Shown piece by piece: positions 19,537-29,801 of a DNA stretch of 64,000 nt (the stretch's first letter is position 1; every line of letters starts with the position of its first letter). The position numbers and the translations under genes are program-made. The stretch lies in NCBI GenBank assembly GCA_040285745.1, contig JAUFOR010000002.1, positions 744,001 to 808,000 of the forward strand, in the 5' to 3' direction. The notes under the pieces are model-generated. The model saw only the letters and a list, made by a program, of their open reading frames with translations, searched no databases and was not told the DNA's origin. The DNA comes from Barthelona sp. PCE (lineage: Eukaryota).

Positions 19537-21570
19537 ATGGCAACGAGGGATGAACTAGCGAATCAGCTTGTTGATTCGATGAAAAAGGGGTCTCTGATTA
19601 ACAATACTCGAGCGTATTTGCGCACTCAGCTTCTGGATAGTTTGCTGAAGAAAGGTGGTGAATCTCGCGGTTTCACCATCGAGCAGATGGTTTGCAACAA
19701 TCTAATTCTTGAATACATGCAAATGACGCGATTTCCATTTTCTACAAGTGTATTTGCAGCAGAGAGTGTTTCGAACACAGCAAACACCATGCAGCGCGAG
19801 GATTTAATGAAGTATCTAAAGATTAAAAGCATTCCAAGCATCGATACAAGCTTACTTGAACAAGCATTGCACACTGCCATTATATCTCAGAATAACGTCA
19901 GCATTCAAACTGACAAGATTGTGACAGTGGAGGACCAACTGCAAGCTATCGATACACAAGGAAATCAGCGTGATTTTTCAAACTATCAAGGTAATTTATT
20001 GCAAAAAGTTTCGGAAATAGAAATGAACATTAAAAAGTGGTACGACACTACTTTACAGGAAGAACTTGAACGATATAAGACTCTGGAACTCATGAAGGTT
20101 GAGAATCAGTTGAAAAAAGAGTATTCACAATCCTTGAAGTTGGAGAAGGCTAATGTTGAAAAAGAGTATCAACAACGATTAAGTGATATGCAATTAAAGG
20201 TTGTTGAGGTTGAAGACCTGAAGAATGAGCTGTTGCATGTTAAGGAGAAGAGCAAATATGAAGAAAGACAACGTATTTATTTGGATATTCAGGGTTATGA
20301 AAAGCAAATTCGAAACCTTCAACAAAAGAATGACACAATGAGCATGCAGCTTAATAATTTCAAGGAGAGCATGGTCATGAAGGAGGATAATCTGAAGAAG
20401 CTGAGAGAGAGCATTGATAAACGGAGAATGGCAATGGAAGTAGAAGAAGAACAGATGTATGAGACCATTAGAAAGCGTGTTCTTCTTGAGATGGGCAAGG
20501 ACAAGCAGCTCATCCAGGAAGAACGTCAGTTTTTGGAGTTGGAAAAGCAAAAAATCAATTTAGAACTCCAAAATTTGAATAACATGAATGATTATTCTGA
20601 GTTTATTGAAACAAACAACCAGTTGAAGGCCAAGCTCATCAATACGATGGAGGATAAACATAATTCAGAAAAAACAATTGTGAAGCTAAAGCACAGGATT
20701 GGTGAACTTGATGACGCACTTTTATTAAAAGAAAAAGAGACAGCGACACGCATAGAGTTGCTGGAAGACGAGAATGCCAAACTGAGGAAACGTTTGAGCA
20801 GAAACCAAGCTGAGTCAGAACGGAAAAGTATGGAACGTTCTCTTAAATCTAATATTATGGAATTACGTCGGGAGAATCAGACCTTGATGACACAGAACGC
20901 AGCGCTCCGTGATGAATTTGAGACTAAAATCACAGTGATGACCGATGATCGGGATCGTATATTTAGTGAACGTGAGAAGTTTAAGGAGACATGTATCAAT
21001 CTAGAACGAGTCGTTGATGAACTCAAGCATGTCGGCAGTGTTGCAGTGTTGAACAGTGCAAAATCAGCTCCCCAACAATTTTTGAACTTTGTTGACAGAA
21101 GTAGTAAGAGCGTTAGCCCTGTTCTCGAGAAGATGCAGGAATACCCTTCCCCTATTTTCGTTACTCCTGCTACAGGAAAACAACGCGAGAGCTCCAACAA
21201 AGGAACTGTGGAGGTTTTGTCTCAGGGGACGTACAGGAATATGGATTGGAAACAAGAGAAAGTTGACATCAAGGTGCCATTTGAGACACCTAAGGAGATT
21301 GTTCGACCTTTAGAAACAACACAACTCGTGCAGATTGAGAGTCCAAAATTTGATTCTCCTGAATCTAAGGATTCTACACCTGAAAAACCACCAGCAGTCA
21401 ATCTGTGGGCGCTACAGACCACAGCTCCGCCTGTTAAGAAAGATACACCAAAAGAAGAAACAACGAATTCTGCTTCAAAACTTGCAGTCAAATCTCATGG
21501 TGGATTTTCCTCAAGTAGTGAAGAAGATGGTTCTTTTGAGGAGGTAGAGTTTAATGCATTCTCTGATTAA
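19537..21570 (+). CDS. OFD1: OFD1-like basal-body protein (LisH + long coiled coil)
   Basis: 'ELANQLVDSMKKGSLINNTRAYLRTQLL' and LisH 'NNLILEYMQMTRFPFSTSVFAAES', followed by about 400 aa of coiled coil. ATG at 19537. Confidence 0.7.
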   Translation: MATRDELANQLVDSMKKGSLINNTRAYLRTQLLDSLLKKGGESRGFTIEQMVCNNLILEYMQMTRFPFSTSVFAAESVSNTANTMQREDLMKYLKIKSIPSIDTSLLEQALHTAIISQNNVSIQTDKIVTVEDQLQAIDTQGNQRDFSNYQGNLLQKVSEIEMNIKKWYDTTLQEELERYKTLELMKVENQLKKEYSQSLKLEKANVEKEYQQRLSDMQLKVVEVEDLKNELLHVKEKSKYEERQRIYLDIQGYEKQIRNLQQKNDTMSMQLNNFKESMVMKEDNLKKLRESIDKRRMAMEVEEEQMYETIRKRVLLEMGKDKQLIQEERQFLELEKQKINLELQNLNNMNDYSEFIETNNQLKAKLINTMEDKHNSEKTIVKLKHRIGELDDALLLKEKETATRIELLEDENAKLRKRLSRNQAESERKSMERSLKSNIMELRRENQTLMTQNAALRDEFETKITVMTDDRDRIFSEREKFKETCINLERVVDELKHVGSVAVLNSAKSAPQQFLNFVDRSSKSVSPVLEKMQEYPSPIFVTPATGKQRESSNKGTVEVLSQGTYRNMDWKQEKVDIKVPFETPKEIVRPLETTQLVQIESPKFDSPESKDSTPEKPPAVNLWALQTTAPPVKKDTPKEETTNSASKLAVKSHGGFSSSSEEDGSFEEVEFNAFSD

Positions 21571-21637
21571 ACAAATTGTTGTAAAAAGATTGATTCACAT
21601 TTTCTTCCTTTTCAAAGCAGTTACTCAGTAATTTTTG

Positions 21638-22941
21638 ATGCCCATCTCGCAGTTTTTCATACTGAACGATCATGGCGATATGTTGGGGAACACTATTTGT
21701 ATGTTAAGTGCAATTTTTTTGCATTTCTTTGGAGCAAAGCGAAGTGCTAACGTTTAGATCGACCTGATATCCCAAAGAACACAGTTTCCACGTTCTTTAA
21801 GCATGTCTCATCGCAGAACAGCAACAATGAACCAGTATTTTCAATTAATGGATTGAACTACGTGTACATGAACTTTAATGATCTCAACTTTGTTTTCGTT
21901 ACTACAACCAACGATAGCCCCTTCACACTTCTTTCTATCCTTGACAGGATTATTTCCCTGCTGAGAGATTGCCTTGGTGATGCATCAGAAGAAGCTATTC
22001 GTAATAATACACCTGTTGTGTACGAGATCTTGGACGAGATCATTGACTTTGGTTACATCTCTGATCTTTCCAGCGATAAGATTTCTTCTTTTATTCACAA
22101 TAAGGCAAAAGCTAGTAGCAACCAAGGTTTGCTTAACATGAACCTCGCTAGCCGCACGAAGCCCTCATCAGCAACTAAAGTTCCTCTGTCTGATCAAATT
22201 GGACAACGATTATTCGTCGATATAGTAGAGAATTTGTCTATTGTAGGTGATTCAAGTGGTAACATCATTAACTCAGAGCTAGAGGGATCTATTGCTATCA
22301 AAAACTTTAACTGTACGGGAAATTGTGTTCTGAAATTGAATAAGCGATTTGCTAAGTTGGAAGCAGGTTCAGAAATTTCGTATACTAATGCAGGTGGCAG
22401 TGAATTATCTGTTAGTGATATTCTATTCGCAGACTATGTTGATTCTGACAAGTATACAAGTGGAATTTTTGATTTCGTTCCTTCATTAGGAGAATCAGTT
22501 TTAATGACTTATCGTACAAGTCAAAAAGTGGATGTACCTCTTCGCGTTTTTGCATTTACAACCATTGAGAAGAATAGATTCACCTTAAACGTTAAGGTTG
22601 TTGCCAATGCACCTGTTTCTAATGTTAAGGTTGATTTTCCTCTTCCACACGGTTATCAATCATGTTCTTTTGTTTTACCTAATTCCACAATCCACAAGAG
22701 CTCCCCGGGTAACTGGACAATCGATAAGTTAAAGGAAGGAGAGGAAACAGCAATGCAGTGTAACATTGCAATTAACAATCCACAATATGTTATTATTCCA
22801 GAGTTACAGGTTAGCTTTGAATTGCCACAAAAGACATTCAGTGACCTGAAAATCGTTTCATTGACTGCAACAAGTAACACACAGCGTTGGACCAAATGTA
22901 TCAGTAGAGTGAAGAATTATTCAGTACGTCTGGATTTTTGA
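21638..22941 (+). CDS. AP4M1: Adaptor complex medium subunit, AP-4 mu-like; exons 21638-21698 + 21758-22941
   Basis: Spliced N-terminus 'MPISQFFILNDHGDMLGNTIYRPD' and 'SPFTLLSILDRIISLLRDCLG...VYEILDEIIDFGY' match AP4M1; 'LFVDIVE' starts the mu-homology domain. Confidence 0.8.
21699..21757 (+). other. Spliceosomal intron (59 nt, phase 1) in AP-4 mu
   Basis: GTATGT...GCTAACGTTTAG; joins the conserved ISQFFIL exon in frame. Confidence 0.9.
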
Positions 22942-22983
22942 TTTTTAGAATAAATAGAGCGTTTAGCACGTTTATTGTGGTAT

Positions 22984-23384
22984 CTAGTTTAATTGCTGAG
23001 AGATCTCAACTCGCACCTTGGCAAGGTCAGCATACTCTTGTTGAATGTGTGCTTCCTTCTTAATATACTGGTCTAACTTAGCCTTGTTTACGTCGTACTG
23101 CTCCTCCAACTCCTTTGTAGCATTAGCTTTATCTGATAAAATGAAGGCGCGACCTAGAGGTGTCCACACTGTGATATCATCTTCTTGCTCTTCTAAGATC
23201 TTTAAGGTTACAGCTGCGTTGTTACAACGGTCAATAGAAGCTTGCTTATCACCGCGGAGACGATAGATGTTTCTTTCAAGTCCCTTTAGTTCTTCTGTGA
23301 CGGCTTCGAGTTCCTTGTGTTGCTAAATGTAAGACTCAGTTTGCGCCTTGCCCCGTTACATACTTCAGCTTTCTGTTCTGCCAT
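22984..23384 (-). CDS. Prefoldin beta-type subunit (PFD1-like); exons 23384-23364 + 23322-22984
   Basis: Spliced 'MAEQKAEQHKELEAVTEELKGLER...DITVWTPLGRAFILSDK', a coiled coil / beta-hairpin / coiled coil layout of about 119 aa. Confidence 0.75.
23323..23363 (-). other. Spliceosomal intron (41 nt, phase 0) in prefoldin
   Basis: GAA|GTATGT...TCTTACATTTAG|CAA. Confidence 0.85.
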
Positions 23385-23948
23385 TGAAATGGGTAGAATT
23401 TTGTTATTCGTCAATTACACTTTTTAAAATCTTGCGCATCGGATTTTCTTAAATGAATATGACAGTATTACTTGTTTAGTGATGTGAGTTTATTGAAAGA
23501 AGTTAATATGAATACATTCGAAATTTTTTCGACAATTTTTTATATTTCAGCGTATTTTACCCATTAAACGGGTTTAAAAAACAAAGTGTATCCATACAAA
23601 TAGGGTGACACCACAAAATCGGAGATCGAGAGTTCATCTTGTTTGTGAACCAATTTTTCGGTTTAAATGTATTTATAATGTTGAAAATGGCTTGAAAATG
23701 TAAAATAGAAAAGGAAAATGATGAAGCAGGTAACTACATTCTGTCCATCTTTGGAACTCAAAAAATATCCGTTCTAATACAAACAACTTTGCAGTAAACA
23801 CGCAAAATTGAAGTGTAAATCATGGCAAACCAGAATTTTAACTTGTTTGTTTTTTTTTTTACCACATTCGTTTTAGTTTGTCGTATTTTTGTCGTATTAG
23901 ACGTCTTATCCCAGTATACAGACTTTTTACATAAATTTTTTTTGCTAA

Positions 23949-26900
23949 ATGGGAGTGCTACAAGTAATTTTAGGCGAAAGTCGTTTTACAAGGTCGATGC
24001 ATTTTTTTCTTGGTGTTCAACTGAGGAATGGTGCCGACGAACACCAGAAATACCGTACAGATGTCAGTAATGCATCAGAAACGCCGGAGTTTTCAAACGT
24101 TGTTTTTTCATGGCCATTTCCAAGGGAAAACAGAAGGTCATGGGACAGATACGAGCTCGTATTTGAGGCTTTTATTGTCGTTAGACAAGCTAGTAAGGGT
24201 GCAAAGGGAGATGCCAAGTTATTTGGTCGTAACAAGTTGGATCTTCGGAGTTTTGACCGTTTAAAGCCGCTAGTGACCACCATCTCACTAATGCGCAAGT
24301 CCAAAGATAAGATGGTTGAAGCAGGGACCCTTAGTTGTACCGTAAAATACGTAGATAACGCAACAGTTCCCCAGAAGGTTGAACAAGTCAGAAATGATAA
24401 CAAAATAAGGTTTTCCACCTATATTTACGGCATAGAGGGCGAGATGAAGGTGCCAACATTCGTGACGATGAAGTCCACAATGGATGTAGTTAAACGTAAG
24501 AGATCGTCAGCAACAACGCGTGTCTCGCACACCACAAACAATCCGATATGGAACACACAGCTCAATGTATTCCTGGAAGACATTGTGAAGGAGCAATTGT
24601 ACTTAGGAGTTGTTAATGCCGAAAGTAAGAAGCTTGTTGATCGAAAACTGTTTTCTGTCGATAGCATGAAGCCGGGTATCATGAAGTGCCTAAAGACCAA
24701 GTTGGAGAAGGATTCAACAGTGTACATGACATTTGCCAGGGTCGAAAGCTATGAGGACGATCTTGAAATTTACGGAAACAATGACCGTTTCAGACTTGAA
24801 GTGTGGGTCGGTGAATTTTTCCAGAGGATGCGCATGGGTGATTTTATTGCTTGTGTCTATCTGATTGACGGAGAACCAACGTTTGAGAATTGTACTCGTC
24901 TCCCATGGATCACAGAGTTTGATGATGAGAACGAAGAGTACAAACAGTTCAGTCGTACAGTATCAGTAGATAAGCCGTGTTTTGACCAACGTTTTATTTT
25001 TAGCGTTTCAGTCGAAGAGCTTGAGCGACCAGCCATGAAAGTTGTTATTGATATGTATCACAAGAACGATAAGTCTTTCAATTATCGAATTCTGGGTCGC
25101 GGTGTGATACCCCTTAACGATATTGTTAACGTACAAATGCCTAGAGACAGCATGGGTGTTGAAATCCCGTATCAGATGCTGCCAATCACGCCTGTCACAA
25201 AGGGCGAGGCAGAAATGAACACAAACGCTACGATTCGCCTTCGTTCCGGTGAGCATTGGCTAAAAACGCTGCAGAAAATGCGAGCGGTATCAGAGCAGGG
25301 CAACATGAACCTGTCTGACGCTGTTGAGAACTCTGGTGTGGACAAACTCGATCAAATCAACAGCCAGCGATCTTCTATCAAGGAGACGATCCCTGAAGGA
25401 TCTCAAGAGGGAGGGTCCCGTGCTTCGAGCCCCAGTACAACGACCGGCACGTCACAAGATGAGAATGGTATGTTTAAAATAGAACCAAGTGACAACTACA
25501 AGATTCGCGCTGAGTCACAACTCTCAAACCTTACACCAACGGATTCAAATCCGAATACAAGCAGGTTCCACGACATTGAGGAGGAAAACGGAGTACCGTT
25601 AACAGTACCGCATCCTTCTAAAACTACAGGAAATGCAATGAAGAACAATGGATATCGCCGGAAATCGAGAGATTCAACACGTTCACAGCAGTCGGATGAA
25701 GAAAACTCGCCCAGAGATGGGATGAACAGTTCAACAAGCGGTAGAAGTGCGCGGAATGAACGTGGAGAACGTGATCCGCGTGATTTGAGGTTGAATCTCG
25801 GAGATCCTAGTGAAAAGGATGAGGAAGACATCGGTCGTATGTCACAGCGATCACATAAAGAGGTAAACGACTTAAACTATGATGAAGTTGATCACTTCCC
25901 ATCTTCTAGAACTGGTCGACGTACAGATCGAGGTCGCAATACTGAACGTGGTTATAAATCTGACCGAGATCGAGATCGAGACCGCACTGACCGAGATCAT
26001 GATCGTGATCGAGACCGCACTGACCGAGATCGAGATCGAGACCGGAGAAAGAGACGAGACTACTATAGTGATGATGAAGATTACTACAGTGATGAAGATC
26101 GCCCTCGATCTCGTCCCCGATCACATCGTCGAAGAGATAGTTATGATGACTATGAGCGCGGTAGGAACCGAAGCAGAAGTCGCCATTCTCGAAGTCGTAG
26201 TCGCGAAAGCCGTGACGGTAGGTATTCTTCACGTTCTACATACAGGGATCGTAACAGAGATCGCGACAGAGATCGTGGTTACTCTCGAGGCAGCCAAGAT
26301 AGCTACCATAACTATGATATCGATCAATTCAGGAACGAGTTCCAGGGAAATCTAGGGCAGGACAGAAAGTCATTAGAGATACGAATTGCACTGTTACAGA
26401 CGCAGTTGGAGGAAGAGAGGAAGAACATGGAGATGGTTCGTGAGGAACTGAGAGGCATTGGAGATGGAAAGGTTGATGTTAAGGATTTGTTAGAACTTGA
26501 AAATCTCGATCAAACTGAGGTCATCAAGGAGTATCTAGGTCTTAAGAAGTATCTCAAGAGTGTAGTTGATCAGAGGAAACGACTGAAAGGTGAGATAGGA
26601 ACACTGCAGAATCAGCTTCAAGGAATATCATCAAAGGAGGCATCTTATGCACAGAAACTAGCTTCTAAAACCGGTAAGGAAAAGAAGTACGTCAAGACAA
26701 TTAAGCTACAGGAGCGAGTTATTGTTGAGTTGGAGAAGAAGTTGCGAAAGGCCGAAAAGAAATTTGGTGAACTCCAGACAACCCTCAAAGATGAGCTGAG
26801 TGAGACGAGGCGTGTTCTCACTAGCAGAAGCGGGCCTTCAAAGAGATCATATTCGACAGAGTCTAATTCACACACGACGACCAAGACTAACAAGAACAGT

Positions 26901-27824
26901 GGCTTAAGGCATCAACCAAGTCAGGATGTTATGACAACAGTTGTTACAGAGGAATACACTGTCAACATACCTGCAGACGCTGACCCAGAGCAATATAAGA
27001 ATTCAGCAATGTTACAGGGAATTTCACCAACAAAGGTGACAACAACGACCCACGCAGAACCTGTGCTCAATTTTGATGGATCTGTGAGCAACGCGTCTCC
27101 ACAGACGATGAACGGACGGGTGAGCAGTATCAGTAGGTTGATGGACGTGGATCCTTCTTGGAAGGAAGAAAGGCAGTATCTCCTGAGTCGATTATCACGT
27201 GCTGAGCGCAAAGCGGAGAAGATCCAGGGCGAGTTCCAGAACCTGCGCCATAATTTGGTTGATAACATGTACAATATGAGGAAGGAGTATGAGAAGGCCC
27301 TTAACTCAGGACGCTCAGCAGTTTCAGCGCAATCATCCACACGTTCAACCTCACGGCAGTCGGATAAAGTCGTGCACAACTCAGGATCAGTTCGCAAACA
27401 GAACAACGATCCATATCTGGAGCCGCTTGATGATATCGGTATTGAAGTTGCTCCAGCCCCGTTACCACCAAGGACACCAACGTCTGCGGGCGGGGGCCGT
27501 CCCGTGTTATCAAATGTTCCATCACTTGAGCTGTCTTTGAGCAAAGATCCGATCGTACCAATAAGAAGCAGGCCCAGCTCGAATCAATCTCATCACAGCA
27601 TAGACCCACTCGATCAACCGGTGGATCACGCAATGCAGCCACATGTCGAGGATATTAACCCGTACTCTGCTATGGAGTTAGACGCAGTTGATCGTCATCT
27701 GCAGTCTAGTGGCTTGGATGTGAGCACGACCCGTTCCATTGAGAGTGGGTACAGTGAGATCAGGGATGTGTTATCGAATCAGCCATCATTGGGCGCTATT
27801 TCAAATCATGAACCGTTAGAGTAA
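23949..27824 (+). CDS. C2-domain plus coiled-coil protein (CCDC33-like) with central RD/RS-rich region
   Basis: C2-like segments ('YRTDVSNASETPEFSN', 'TTNNPIWN', 'DKPCFDQRFIF') and coiled coil 'KTIKLQERVIVELEKKL'. Confidence 0.55.
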   Translation: MGVLQVILGESRFTRSMHFFLGVQLRNGADEHQKYRTDVSNASETPEFSNVVFSWPFPRENRRSWDRYELVFEAFIVVRQASKGAKGDAKLFGRNKLDLRSFDRLKPLVTTISLMRKSKDKMVEAGTLSCTVKYVDNATVPQKVEQVRNDNKIRFSTYIYGIEGEMKVPTFVTMKSTMDVVKRKRSSATTRVSHTTNNPIWNTQLNVFLEDIVKEQLYLGVVNAESKKLVDRKLFSVDSMKPGIMKCLKTKLEKDSTVYMTFARVESYEDDLEIYGNNDRFRLEVWVGEFFQRMRMGDFIACVYLIDGEPTFENCTRLPWITEFDDENEEYKQFSRTVSVDKPCFDQRFIFSVSVEELERPAMKVVIDMYHKNDKSFNYRILGRGVIPLNDIVNVQMPRDSMGVEIPYQMLPITPVTKGEAEMNTNATIRLRSGEHWLKTLQKMRAVSEQGNMNLSDAVENSGVDKLDQINSQRSSIKETIPEGSQEGGSRASSPSTTTGTSQDENGMFKIEPSDNYKIRAESQLSNLTPTDSNPNTSRFHDIEEENGVPLTVPHPSKTTGNAMKNNGYRRKSRDSTRSQQSDEENSPRDGMNSSTSGRSARNERGERDPRDLRLNLGDPSEKDEEDIGRMSQRSHKEVNDLNYDEVDHFPSSRTGRRTDRGRNTERGYKSDRDRDRDRTDRDHDRDRDRTDRDRDRDRRKRRDYYSDDEDYYSDEDRPRSRPRSHRRRDSYDDYERGRNRSRSRHSRSRSRESRDGRYSSRSTYRDRNRDRDRDRGYSRGSQDSYHNYDIDQFRNEFQGNLGQDRKSLEIRIALLQTQLEEERKNMEMVREELRGIGDGKVDVKDLLELENLDQTEVIKEYLGLKKYLKSVVDQRKRLKGEIGTLQNQLQGISSKEASYAQKLASKTGKEKKYVKTIKLQERVIVELEKKLRKAEKKFGELQTTLKDELSETRRVLTSRSGPSKRSYSTESNSHTTTKTNKNSGLRHQPSQDVMTTVVTEEYTVNIPADADPEQYKNSAMLQGISPTKVTTTTHAEPVLNFDGSVSNASPQTMNGRVSSISRLMDVDPSWKEERQYLLSRLSRAERKAEKIQGEFQNLRHNLVDNMYNMRKEYEKALNSGRSAVSAQSSTRSTSRQSDKVVHNSGSVRKQNNDPYLEPLDDIGIEVAPAPLPPRTPTSAGGGRPVLSNVPSLELSLSKDPIVPIRSRPSSNQSHHSIDPLDQPVDHAMQPHVEDINPYSAMELDAVDRHLQSSGLDVSTTRSIESGYSEIRDVLSNQPSLGAISNHEPLE
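25961..26044 (+). repeat. Intragenic tandem repeat encoding (DR)n-T units
   Basis: TGACCGAGATCGAGATCGAGACCGCAC-like unit, about 3 copies (27/33 nt), built from GATCGA hexamers. Confidence 0.85.
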
Positions 27825-28075
27825 TCGCGTTGTCAATAAAGAATGATATTTATTTTGTTCTTCTTTCTGAAATCGAATTGGTCAATAATAATAAACTGAT
27901 TCATAAGATTTGAATTGATAGCGATTCTACCTTCATTTTAATTTTTGTCTTGCTAGAAGTGCTGCGAATTGTTTACACTGACAGATTTACACGCATATAG
28001 CTGATTTTTTTGAACATAGTCTTGTTTTCGCATTTAATCCATTTCCGCATTTTTTAAGAGCATTGCAATTGCTTC

Positions 28076-29005
28076 ATGGGTCTTCCCTGCTCAAAACCAA
28101 AGCTTGAAAGCGATTTTGCCGATTATAGCAATTCCATCTCAACTTGTACATCTTACTCAGATCTCTCTGCGTCAACAAGTCAATCAGATCTGAAGCGAAT
28201 ATCGAGCCAGGTCATAGCTACTGTTACTGTTCCAATTGTATATGAAGAAGAAGAGTTTGAAACCTTTCTTTCTAACGAAGACATGCTTAAAGTCCGCATG
28301 TCACCTGTAGAAAAGATGAACGAGCTCATAGGGGACCTCTCCAAAGCACTTTCGGATAATAAGTCGATCATTGGACCATTAGATGCGCTGGTTGATGCAA
28401 CACGAAAGGAGTCATACTTAAAGATTCTTTTACAGAAGAATCTACACGTCATCGCGATTGAACTGTTGTTTTCGGCAGTGAAAGTTGAAGAAAAAGATCG
28501 TACTATGGCGTTGTTGTTGCGTTTTGCATTACCATTTTCGCATCGTCGTACATTATGCATTGATCGCTTTTTTGAGGGGCTAATCGACCTCATCAGAGAG
28601 TTTAGTTCCTCCAATGAAGAGTTAGTGAGTAAGTGTTTTCTAATGTTAAGCACATTGAGTGAAGTTGAGCCCGATATGACATTCAATGATCATAAAGAGT
28701 TGGAATTGCTGTACGACGTCATAATAAGCAACAGAAAATCATCGGGGATTGTTAAAAATGGTATTATTTTGTTTGTATCATTGATTCGAAGATGTGAAGA
28801 TTTCGAAATGGTTCGTTCTTTGGATCTAATACCTATTGCCGAGGACGCCCTCGACCGCTTCCCTAACAATATTGCTATGCGACGTTGGTGCAATCAATTA
28901 ATTAGCTTAGTCCAGATGACACAGATAGAGTTAACTTTTAATCGTAAAGAACTTCTTTTGAAAGGTACAGAACGTATTAGACGTGGTAGTTTCGAAGTCA
29001 TGTGA
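28076..29005 (+). CDS. Armadillo/HEAT-like helical protein with putative N-terminal myristoylation/palmitoylation
   Basis: Starts MGLPCSK (G2, C5, S6); Leu-rich helical repeats. Confidence 0.55.
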   Translation: MGLPCSKPKLESDFADYSNSISTCTSYSDLSASTSQSDLKRISSQVIATVTVPIVYEEEEFETFLSNEDMLKVRMSPVEKMNELIGDLSKALSDNKSIIGPLDALVDATRKESYLKILLQKNLHVIAIELLFSAVKVEEKDRTMALLLRFALPFSHRRTLCIDRFFEGLIDLIREFSSSNEELVSKCFLMLSTLSEVEPDMTFNDHKELELLYDVIISNRKSSGIVKNGIILFVSLIRRCEDFEMVRSLDLIPIAEDALDRFPNNIAMRRWCNQLISLVQMTQIELTFNRKELLLKGTERIRRGSFEVM

Positions 29006-29090
29006 TCACATTTTTTTCCAAAATTTTAATCATTATTCCAAATATTTTTGATTTTACAATAAAATCACCATTCATCAAATTTTTTCTTAT

Positions 29091-29744
29091 TTACAGACTT
29101 TCCTTAACCTTTCCCTCTAAATTAAAATAGACATTGCTAGCCTTGTCAAATAACTCATGAAGAGAAAACTGTTGGAGTTTGCTGAAGGCGTTCTGTGCGC
29201 TAGTACAATACTGTTCGTCTCGATCAGTACCAATAAACATAACATAAGAAAGTGGATTGCATCCGGTCGTGCATGCCGATTGCAATGGAGTGTCGATCGC
29301 ACAGTTGTTCTCAATGCATGACGAACTGCATAAAGCACAACTTTCATCCATAAAAATTTTTGAAACTTGTCCATCAGTAAGTTTAATAACAAGAGAGAAG
29401 AAACCAACATGTTTGGTACCGTTATTGAATCTGCGCTCGATGTACATTGAATCTGTGATTTCAAAAGCATCTGAACAGATGGAAATATTAAGTGTAACAT
29501 TGTTCTGGTAAACCATGCTTGTGTTTCCAGTTTTGATCATCTCCATGGCCGAGAAACTGTCGATTTTGGGGTAAAAACGGGATGTGTATGTGTCTGTTCC
29601 GTTTGTAACAGCCATTTGGATGCAAATTTCTTCACCCTTTGCGAATCGTGTGCGAGCCATAGTATCAGTAACCATGGTTGACGACGGATATGCCGCGTAC
29701 AATACTACGAAGAGTCCAGCAAGTAGGAACAACTTCATCTTCAT
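29091..29744 (-). CDS. Secreted/membrane Cys-rich protein of unknown function
   Basis: Signal peptide 'MKMKLFLLAGLFVVLYA', Cys cluster 'CALCSSSCIENNC', and 'YVMFIGTD...TSA'. Confidence 0.65.
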   Translation of the reverse strand: MKMKLFLLAGLFVVLYAAYPSSTMVTDTMARTRFAKGEEICIQMAVTNGTDTYTSRFYPKIDSFSAMEMIKTGNTSMVYQNNVTLNISICSDAFEITDSMYIERRFNNGTKHVGFFSLVIKLTDGQVSKIFMDESCALCSSSCIENNCAIDTPLQSACTTGCNPLSYVMFIGTDRDEQYCTSAQNAFSKLQQFSLHELFDKASNVYFNLEGKVKESL

Positions 29745-29801
29745 TAAAACAGTTTCATTACTTCAATTTTTGGTACGCAACCCGATCATGGGATACGTGT
29801 G

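Noticed and set aside
23718..23780. Box C/D snoRNA starting at ATGATGA
   Set aside because: No CTGA box D at a suitable distance and no recognisable rRNA-antisense guide.
25961..26044. CRISPR-like or mobile-element repeat
   Set aside because: These are in-frame coding repeats without spacers, in a eukaryotic context. No transposase, reverse transcriptase, tRNA or rRNA gene was recognised anywhere in the window.
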